This document shows positions 23,901 through 33,700 of a stretch of DNA of 64,000 nt, piece after piece. Made by a program: the position numbers and the translations under genes. The stretch's first letter is position 1, and every line of letters starts with the position of its first letter. Source of the stretch: Balanoglossus misakiensis (taxonomy: Eukaryota; Animalia; Hemichordata); contig CM082588.2 in the NCBI GenBank assembly GCA_040954595.2, positions 1 to 64,000 of the forward strand, written 5' to 3'. A model generated the notes under the pieces. That model had not been told where the DNA came from, made no database searches, and saw nothing but the letters and a program-made list of their open reading frames with translations.

Positions 23901-26900
23901 TCAGCCGGAACGCCGCCGTGAAAGGGGGCCAAGTCGCGCCGGACTTTCAGCCGAAACGCCGCCGTGAAAGGGGGCCAAGTCGCGCCGGACTTTCAGCCGA
24001 AACGCCGCCGTGAAAGGGGGCCAAGTCGCGCCGGACTTTCAGCCGGAACGCCGCCGTGAAAGGGGGCCAAGTCGCGCCGGACTTTCAGCCGGAACGCCGC
24101 CGTGAAAGGGGGCCAAGTCGCGCCGGACTTTCAGCCGGAACGCCGCCGTGAAAGGGGTCCAAGTCGCGCCGGACTTTCAGACGGAACGCCGCCGTGAAAG
24201 GGGGCCAAGTCGCGCCGGACTTTCAGACGGAACGCCGCCGTGAAAGGGGTCCAAGTCGCGCCGGACTTTAAGCCGAAACGCCGCCGTGAAAGGGGTCCAA
24301 GTCGCGCCGGACTTTCAGCCGAAACGCCGCCGTGAAAGGGGGCCAAGTCGCGCCGGACTTTCAGCCGGAACGCCGCCGTGAAAGGGGGCCAAGTCGCGCC
24401 GGACTTTCAGCCGGAACGCCGCCGTGAAAGGGGGCCAAGTCGCGCCGGACTTTCAGCCGGAACGCCGCCGTGAAAGGGGCGGAACGCCGCCGTGAAAGGG
24501 GGCCAAGTCGCGCCGGACTTTCAGCCAAAACGCCGCCGTGAAAGGGGGCCAAGTCGCGCCGGACTTTCAGCCGAAACGCCGCCGTGAAAGGGGGCCAAGT
24601 CGCGTCGGACTTTCAGCCGAAACGCCGCCGTGAAAGGGGTCCAAGTCGCGCTGGACTTTCAGCCGGAACGCCGCCGTGAAAGGGGTCCAAGTCGCGCTGG
24701 ACTTTCAGCCGGAACGCCGCCGTGAAAGGGGGCCAAGTCGCGCTGGACTTTCAGCCGAAACGCCGCCGTGAAAGGGGGCCAAGTCGCGCCGGACTTTCAG
24801 CCGAAACGCCGCCGTGAAAGGGGGCCAAGTCGCGCCGGACTTTCAGCCGGAACGCCGCCGTGAAAGGGGGCCAAGTCGCGCCGGACTTTCAGCCGGAACG
24901 CCGCCGTGAAAGGGGGCCAAGTCGCGCCGGACTTTCAGCCGGAACGCCGCCGTGAAAGGGGCGGAACGCCGCCGTGAAAGGGGGCCAAGTCGCGCCGGAC
25001 TTTCAGCCGAAACGCCGCCGTGAAAGGGGGCCAAGTCGCGCCGGACTTTCAGCCGGAACGCCGCCGTGAAAGGGGGCCAAGTCGCGCCGGACTTTCAGCC
25101 GGAACGCCGCCGTGAAAGGGGGCCAAGTCGCGCCGGACATTCAGCAGGAACGCCGCCGTGAAAGGGGGCCAAGTCGCGCCGGACTTTCAGCCGGAACGCC
25201 GCCGTGAAAGGGGTCCAAGTCGCGCCGGACTTTAAGACGGAACGCCGCCGTGAAAGGGGGCCAAGTCGCGCTGGACTTTCAGCCGGAACGCCGCCGTGAA
25301 AGGGGGCCAAGTCGCGCCGGACTTTCAGCCGGAACGCCGCCGTGAAAGGGGTCCAAGTCGCGCCGGACTTTCAGACGGAACGCCGCCGTGAAAGGGGGCC
25401 AAGTCGCGCTGGACTTTCAGCCGGAACGCCGCCGTGAAAGGGGTCCAAGTCGCGCCGGACTTTAAGCCGAAACGCCGCCGTGAAAGGGGTCCAAGTCGCG
25501 CCGGACTTTCAGCCGAAACGCCGCCGTGAAAGGGGGCCAAGTCGCGCCGGACTTTCAGCCGGAACGCCGCCGTGAAAGGGGGCCAAGTCGCGCCGGACTT
25601 TCAGCCGGAACGCCGCCGTGAAAGGGGGCCAAGTCGCGCCGGACTTTCAGCCGGAACGCCGCCGTGAAAGGGGCGGAACGCCGCCGTGAAAGGGGGCCAA
25701 GTCGCGCCGGTCTTTCAGCCAAAACGCCGCCGTGAAAGGGGGCCAAGTCGCGCCGGACTTTCAGCCGAAACGCCGCCGTGAAAGGGGGCCAAGTCGCGTC
25801 GGACTTTCAGCCGAAACGCCGCCGTGAAAGGGGGCCAAGTCGCGCCGGACTTTCAGCCGGAACGCCGCCGTGAAAGGGGGCCAAGTCGCGCCGGACTTTC
25901 AGCCGGAACGCCGCCGTGAAAGGGGGCCAAGTCGCGCCGGACTTTCAGCCGGAACGCCGCCGTGAAAGGGGGCCAAGTCGCGCCGGACTTTCAGCCGGAA
26001 CGCCGCCGTGAAAGGGGTCCAAGTCGCGCCGGACTTTCAGCCGGAACGCCGCCGTGAAAGGGGTCCAAGTCGCGCCGGACTTTCAGACGGAACGCCGCCG
26101 TGAAAGGGGGCCAAGTCGCGCTGGACTTTCAGCCGGAACGCCGCCGTGAAAGGGGTCCAAGTCGCGCTGGACTTTCAGCCGGAACGCCGCCGTGAAAGGG
26201 GTCCAAGTCGCGCTGGACTTTCAGCCGGAACGCCGCCGTGAAAGGGGGCCAAGTCGCGCTGGACTTTCAGCCGAAACGCCGCCGTGAAAGGGGGCCAAGT
26301 CGCGCCGGACTTTCAGCCGAAACGCCGCCGTGAAAGGGGGCCAAGTCGCGCCGGACTTTCAGCCGGAACGCCGCCGTGAAAGGGGGCCAAGTCGCGCCGG
26401 ACTTTCAGCCGGAACGCCGCCGTGAAAGGGGGCCAAGTCGCGCCGGACTTTCAGCCGGAACGCCGCCGTGAAAGGGGCGGAACGCCGCCGTGAAAGGGGG
26501 CCAAGTCGCGCCGGACTTTCAGCCGAAACGCCGCCGTGAAAGGGGGCCAAGTCGCGCCGGACTTTCAGCCGGAACGCCGCCGTGAAAGGGGGCCAAGTCG
26601 CGCCGGACTTTCAGCCGGAACGCCGCCGTGAAAGGGGGCCAAGTCGCGCCGGACTTTCAGCCGGAACGCCGCCGTGAAAGGGGGCCAAGTCGCGCCGGAC
26701 TTTCAGCCGGAACGCCGCCGTGAAAGGGGTCCAAGTCGCGCCGGACTTTAAGACGGAACGCCGCCGTGAAAGGGGGCCAAGTCGCGCTGGACTTTCAGCC
26801 GGAACGCCGCCGTGAAAGGGGTCCAAGTCGCGCCGGACTTTAAGCCGAAACGCCGCCGTGAAAGGGGTCCAAGTCGCGCCGGACTTTCAGCCGAAACGCC

Positions 26901-28605
26901 GCCGTGAAAGGGGGCCAAGTCGCGCCGGACTTTCAGCCGGAACGCCGCCGTGAAAGGGGGCCAAGTCGCGCCGGACTTTCAGCCGAAACGCCGCCGTGAA
27001 AGGGGGCCAAGTCGCGCCGGACTTTCAGCCGAAACGCCGCCGTGAAAGGGGGCCAAGTCGCGCCGGACTTTCAGCCGGAACGCCGCCGTGAAAGGGGGCC
27101 AAGTCGCGCCGGACTTTCAGCCGGAACGCCGCCGTGAAAGGGGGCCAAGTCGCGCCGGACTTTCAGCCGGAACGCCGCCGTGAAAGGGGTCCAAGTCGCG
27201 CCGGACTTTCAGCCGGAACGCCGCCGTGAAAGGGGTCCAAGTCGCGCCGGACTTTCAGACGGAACGCCGCCGTGAAAGGGGGCCAAGTCGCGCTGGACTT
27301 TCAGCCGGAACGCCGCCGTGAAAGGGGTCCAAGTCGCGCTGGACTTTCAGCCGGAACGCCGCCGTGAAAGGGGTCCAAGTCGCGCTGGACTTTCAGCCGG
27401 AACGCCGCCGTGAAAGGGGGCCAAGTCGCGCTGGACTTTCAGCCGGAACGCCGCCGTGAAAGGGGGCCAAGTCGCGCTGGACTTTCAGCCGGAACGCCGC
27501 CGTGAAAGGGGGCCAAGTCGCGCTGGACTTTCAGCCGGAACGCCGCCGTGAAAGGGGGCCAAGTCGCGCTGGACTTTCAGCCGGAACGCCGCCGTGAAAG
27601 GGGGCCAAGTCGCGCTGGACTTTCAGCCGGAACGCCGCCGTGAAAGGGGTCCAAGTCGCGCTGGACTTTCAGCCGGAACGCCGCCGTGAAAGGGGTCCAA
27701 GTCGCGCTGGACTTTCAGCCGGAACGCCGCCGTGAAAGGGGTCCAAGTCGCGCTGGACTTTCAGCCGGAACGCCGCCGTGAAAGGGGGCCAAGTCGCGCT
27801 GGACTTTCAGCCGGAACGCCGCCGTGAAAGGGGGCCAAGTCGCGCTGGACTTTCAGCCGGAACGCCGCCGTGAAAGGGGTCCAAGTCGCGCTGGACTTTC
27901 AGCCGGAACGCCGCCGTGAAAGGGGTCCAAGTCGCGCTGGACTTTCAGCCGGAACGCCGCCGTGAAAGGGGTCCAAGTCGCGCTGGACTTTCAGCCGGAA
28001 CGCCGCCGTGAAAGGGGTCCAAGTCGCGCTGGACTTTCAGCCGGAACGCCGCCGTGAAAGGGGGCCAAGTCGCGCTGGACTTTCAGCCGGAACGCCGCCG
28101 TGAAAGGGGGCCAAGTCGCGCTGGACTTTCAGCCGGAACGCCGCCGTGAAAGGGGGCCAAGTCGCGCTGGACTTTCAGCCGGAACGCCGCCGTGAAAGGG
28201 GGCCAAGTCGCGCTGGACTTTCAGCCGGAACGCCGCCGTGAAAGGGGGCCAAGTCGCGCTGGACTTTCAGCCGGAACGCCGCCGTGAAAGGGGGCCAAGT
28301 CGCGCTGGACTTTCAGCCGGAACGCCGCCGTGAAAGGGGGCCAAGTCGCGCTGGACTTTCAGCCGGAACGCCGCCGTGAAAGGGGTCCAAGTCGCGCTGG
28401 ACTTTCAGCCGGAACGCCGCCGTGAAAGGGGTCCAAGTCGCGCTGGACTTCCAGCCGGAACGCCGCCGTGAAAGGGGTCCAAGTCGCGCTGGACTTTCAG
28501 CCGGAACGCCGCCGTGAAAGGTGTCCAAGTCGCGCTGGACTTTCAGCCGGAACGCCGCCGTGAAAGGTGTCCAAGTCGCGCTGGACTTTCAGCCGGAACG
28601 CCGCC
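5956..28605. repeat. Subtelomeric CpG-rich 46-bp satellite B (~500 monomers, with 22-bp and 45-bp truncated monomers and higher-order repeats)
   Basis: Unit CCAAGTCGCGCCGGACTTTCAGCCGGAACGCCGCCGTGAAAGGGGG; recurrent 22-bp short unit GGAACGCCGCCGTGAAAGGGGC; variant patterns recur at 758, 850, 1516, 1904 and 2869/2914 bp. Confidence 0.98.
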
Positions 28606-29485
28606 AAAGAGTGACTGACGTGTTTCGACATAGTGTTTATTAGTCTGTAAGTCGCAACTCATTACTTTGCATTACTACATGAAGAGGGATTATTATTTCC
28701 AGCCCAGCCGCTTATTATGATCGTGGTGAAATGACAACCTTTGATGTTACGTAGGACGAAATAAACAATCATTTGTCCAGGCTACAATCATGACTGTCAG
28801 TCTGTATGTGTGGCGACGTCAATGCGGTGAGGGTGGGCAGCACGCAGTTACATGCTGGACAGTAGAGGGGAGTAGTATCGGCAAAATCAAACTTTGCACA
28901 ACTATAACGCAACCACATCGTCTAGAATAAAGGCAACGGGCGTTCCTTTGGCATCTCTTAGTACCTCCATGGGTTTAGGAAAAATGCGGCCATCATCTGT
29001 CTAGCGAGGGGCGAGGACACGGGCGGGCGTCACCCATTGCAAGTGCCTGTATACTTCCCAGGCGTCCGCATCATATTTCAACGGCGTTGTTTACATGTAA
29101 CTGTCTAACAGTATACTAGTACATGTATGTCTTTTGGGGGTGCATGTCGCTTTATTTGGTTTGGTTGCTGTGCGCGGTGATATACTAGCTAGTAGACAAG
29201 TCAGGTGATCACCATCACTAAGAAACCTTGGCTCTCGATGAACGCCTTCAATCTACATGCTCTGTCTAATAACGCCATCTTTCAGGCGAAATCCTCAAAA
29301 AATAGCGTAGACGCCAAAATCAAAATTAAATATTTCACAAAAGCACTGGTGAAAAATTTTCTTATTGACCCGGTAGCAAGTTTGACTCGTACTTTCTTAT
29401 TTTCAATTGACGGGATATCCCCAAACAGCGTATTTGACCCCAAAATTTACATTTGAAAAGAAAAGGTCGTGATTTTCTTCACAAA

Positions 29486-29579
29486 GGGCGGGGAAATGGG
29501 TGAGAGGCGCGGCTTTCCGGGCGCGTCATTGGTCAGATCGCGTTCTACATATTAATGATATGTTAATTTTTATGCTAAT
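29486..29579 (-). promoter_or_regulatory. Possible promoter motif cluster (GC box, CCAAT box, octamer-like)
   Basis: GGGCGGGG 29486-29493, TTCCGG 29515-29520, ATTGG (CCAAT on minus) 29528-29532, ATGCTAAT 29572-29579. Motif matches only. Confidence 0.3.
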
Positions 29580-29613
29580 AAGCAACTCCTAATATGGGTC
29601 ATCGATGCGACTG

Positions 29614-29830
29614 GTGAAAGGGGGCCAAGTTGCGTCGACTTTCAGCCGGAACGCCTCCGTGAAAGGGGGCCAAGTTGCGCTCGACTTTCTGGCGGAACGC
29701 CGCCGTGAAAGGGGGCCAAGTTGCGCTCGACTTTCAGCCGGAACGCCGCCGTGAAAGGGGGCCAAGTTGCGCTCGACTTTCAGCCGGAACGCCGCCATGA
29801 AAGGGGGCTAAGTTGCGCTCGACTTTCTGC
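29614..29830. repeat. Short diverged block of the 46-bp satellite (variant C, ~4.7 units)
   Basis: GTGAAAGGGGGCCAAGTTGCGCTCGACTTTCAGCCGGAACGCCGCC; differs from B in the AAGT-N8-ACTT spacer. Confidence 0.95.
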
Positions 29831-29857
29831 ATACATTACATACAGGCATAAATGCAT

Positions 29858-30720
29858 ACATAGAGAACAATTCTGTACCCATACAATTCAAAATTTTTAA
29901 TTTTGCTGACCTTCACTATCAGGTTTTGGGAATGACAGCTAATTTAAATTGAATTAGAATACATTACTTAAACATATTTTCATCTGTGAACTTTTAACTG
30001 GTGAACAAATTGGAGACCATTATTATAAAAGGTTTCCCCGAGCCTGTTTATACCATTCCAGCCTAAGTATTAGTTGTTAGGGTTAGGGTTAGGGTTAGGG
30101 TTAGAGTTAGGGTTAGAGTTAGGGTTAGAGTTAGGGTTAGGGTTAGGGTTAGGGTTAGGGTTAGGGTTAGCGTTGAAGTTAACAAATGGCTTAAATGGCA
30201 CAAACAATTTCATAGATTGAATCAAATTCCTTTGACTCCAAAATTCACTGAGCAAAGTTTGCCCTGCGCAAACTTGTTATTCTAAGAAATACTATATCTA
30301 TGGACATTTAGGCTACAGTTAATTAAGTAATACTGTGTCCTAATCTGAATCATTCCTTATCATAACACATAACCAGTGGGCTCAGGGGAACATGTCAGGA
30401 AAGTCAATGTCATAGTCCCCACTGGATCAATAGATTAAACAGCAACATTCTCTCTTTTTCATCTTTTAGAGATTAATTTCGTTTGAAACAGAATTATGAA
30501 GTTAAAAATCATTATTTTTTAACACAGAAACTTAATGCAAGTATTCAATGTATACTTGACAACATTCAAAGCTCAAAAAGAGAGATTGTGTCACTTAAAT
30601 AGAAAACTGGAGAGAAGACAATCTATACGATTTCTCTTCATTCTCATTATAAACTCTTAAAATGCTGACTGAAAATCTATGTCTTCTCTTTATTTTGCAT
30701 TCAGACTTCATCTGCCAAGA
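29858..30720. repeat. Duplicated AT-rich element, copy 1 (homologous to 37131-38104)
   Basis: Shared blocks such as CATAGAGAACAATTCTGTACCC, GACCTTCACT..CAGGTTTTGGG, TATGGACATTTAGGCTACAGTTAA, TACTGTGTCCTAATCTGAATC and GGAAAGTCAATGTCA. Confidence 0.9.
30077..30170 (+). repeat. Interstitial telomeric sequence (TTAGGG)~16, inverted relative to the terminal telomere
   Basis: 94 bp of TTAGGG on + with three TTAGAG variants. Confidence 0.97.
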
Positions 30721-33700
30721 TGCAAGTATTTTATTGGGTTGCTGGTAGACCAAGTCCTTGTCCACTTCTACCATTGGCAATATCTGGATAAAAACATCAG
30801 CCTGCACTCTTCGCCATATTCTAACAAAAGAACAGAAACATTTTATCCATGATTAATGAACAAATTGGCGAAAGATTGTATAAATTGATTCAATGAGTTA
30901 AATTTGGATGTGTTCCAATACTATATACACTCTTAAAATGTTGACTACAAACCTTTATATTTTCTTCATTTGACAACCACATATGTTCATCTGCCAACAT
31001 GCAAATAGTTTATGGGGTGAGTGGAAGACCAAGTCCTTGTCCACTTCTACCATTGGCAATATCTGGATAAAAACATCAGCCTGCACTCTTCGCCATATTC
31101 TAACAAAAGAACAGAAAAATTTTATCCATGATTAATGAACAAATTGGCGAAAGATTGTATAAATTGATTCAATGAGTTAAATTTGGATGTGTTCCAATAC
31201 TATATACACTCTTAAAATGTTGACTACAAACCTTTATATTTTCTTCATTTGACAACCACATATGTTCATCTGCCAACATGCAAATAGTTTATGGGGTGAG
31301 TGCAAGACCATGTCCTTGCCCACTTCTACCATTGGCAATATCTGGATAAAAACATCAGCCTGCACTCTTCGCCATATTCTAACAAAAGAACAGAAAAATT
31401 TTATCCATGATTAATGAACAAATTGGCGAAAGATTGTATAAATTGATTCAATGAGTTAAATTTGGATGTGTTCCAATACTATATACACTCTTAAAATGTT
31501 GACTACAAACCTTTATATTTTCTTCATTTGACAACCACATATGTTCATCTGCCAACATGCAAATAGTTTATGGGGTGAGTGCAAGAACAAGTCCTTGTCC
31601 ACTTCTACCATTGGCAATATCTGGATAAAAACATCAGCCTACACTCTTCGCAATATTCTAACAAAAGAACAGAACAATTTTATCCATGATTAATGAACAA
31701 ATTGGCGAAAGATTGTATAAATTGATTCAATGAGTTAAATTTGGATGTGTTCCAATACTATATACACTCTTAAAATGTTGACTACAAACCTTTATATTTT
31801 CTTCATTTGACAACCACATATGTTCATCTGCCAACATGCAAATAGTTTATGGGGTGAGTGCAAGACCATGTCCTTGTCCACTTCTACCATTGGCAATATC
31901 TGGATAAAAACATCAGCCTGCACTCTTCGCCATATTCTAACAAAAGAACAGAAAAATTTTATCCATGATTAATGAACAAATTGGCGAAAGATTGTATAAA
32001 TTGATTCAATGAGTTAAATTTGGATGTGTTCCAATACTATATACACTCTTAAAATGTTGACTACAAACCTTTATATTTTCTTCATTTGACAACCACATAT
32101 GTTCATCTGCCAACATGCAAATAGTTTATGGGGTGAGTGCAAGACCACGTCCTTGTCCACTTCTACCATTGGCAATATCTGGATAAAAACATCAGCCTGC
32201 ACTCTTCGCAATATTCTAACAAAAGAACAGAACAATTTTATCCATGATTAATGAACAAATTGGCGAAAGATTGTATAAATTGATTCAATGAGTTAAATTT
32301 GGATGTGTTCCAATACTATATACACTCTTAAAATGTTGACTACAAACCTTTCTATTTTCTTCATTTGACAACCAGATATGTTCATCTGCCAACATGCAAA
32401 TAGTTTATGGGGTGAGTGCAAGACCAAGTCCTTGTCCACTTCTACCATTGGCAATATCTGGATAAAAACATCAGCCTGCACTCTTCGCCATATTCTAACA
32501 AAAGAACAGCAAAATTGTATCCATGATTAATGAACAAATTGGCGAAAGATTGTATAAATTGATTCAATGAGTTAAATTTGGATGTGTTCCAATACTATAT
32601 ACACTCTTAAAATGTTGACTACAAACCTTTCTGTTTTCTTCATTTGACAACCAGATATGTTCATCTGCCAACATGCAAATAGTTTATGGGGTGAGTACAA
32701 GACCATGTCCTTGTCCACTTCTACCATTGGCAATATCTGGATAAAAACATCAGCCTGCACTCTTCGCCATATTCTAACAAAAGAACAGAAAAGTTTTATC
32801 TATGATTAATGAACAAATTGGCGAAAGATTGTATAAATTGATTCAATAAGTTAAGTTTGGATGTGTTCCAATACTATATACACTCTTAAAATGTTGACTA
32901 CAAACCTTTATATTTTCTTCATTTGACAACCACATATGTTCATCTGCCAACATGCAAATAGTTTATGGGGTGAGTGCAAGACCACGTCCTTGTCCACTTC
33001 TACCATTGGCAATATCTGGATAAAAACATCAGCCTGCACTCTTCGCCATATTCTAACAAAAGAACAGAAAAATTTTATCCATGATTAACGAACAAATTGT
33101 CGAAATATTGTATAAATTGATTCAATGAGTTAAATTGAGATGTGTTCCAATACTATATACACTCTTAAAATGTTGACTACAAACCTTTCTATTTTCTTCA
33201 TTTGACAACCAGATATGTTCATCTGCCAACATGCAAATAGTTTATGGGGTGAGTGCAAGACCAAGTCCTTGTCCACTTCTACCATTGGCAATATCTGGAT
33301 AAAAACATCAGCCTGCACTCTTCGCTATATTCTAACAAAAGAACAGAACAATTTTATCCATGATTAATGAACAAATTGGCGAAAGATTGTATAAATTGAT
33401 TCAATGAGTTAAATTTGGATGTGTTCCAATACTATATACACTCTTAAAATGTTGACTACAAACCTTTCTATTTTCTTCATTTGACAACCAGATATGTTCA
33501 TCTGCCAACATGCAAATAGTTTATGGGGTGAGTGCAAGACCAAGTCCTTGTCCACTTCTACCATTGGCAATATCTGGATAAAAACATCAGCCTGCACTCT
33601 TCGCCATATTCTAACAAAAGAACAGAACAATTTTATCCATGATTAATGAACAAATTGGCGAAAGATTGCATAAATTGATTCAATGAGTTAAATTTGGATG

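Noticed and set aside
3938-28605. CRISPR-like regular repeats, or CTCF sites in the 46-mers
   Set aside because: No unique spacers and a eukaryotic context; AGGGGGC and GGTGGC match only half of the CTCF core.
28960-29060. Minus-strand fragments GTCN-DAR...FPKP reminiscent of a THAP-like N-terminus
   Set aside because: Needs frameshifts and lacks the downstream W/C/H residues; too short to support without BLASTX.
3838-29798. Dozens of short MAPFHGG... ORFs
   Set aside because: Translations of 46-bp and 70-bp monomers; periods are not multiples of 3, starts are mostly TTG/GTG, and there are no domains.
30077-30170. Chromosome end-to-end fusion site
   Set aside because: No adjacent head-to-head CCCTAA array, and both flanks are colinear with the second copy of the element.
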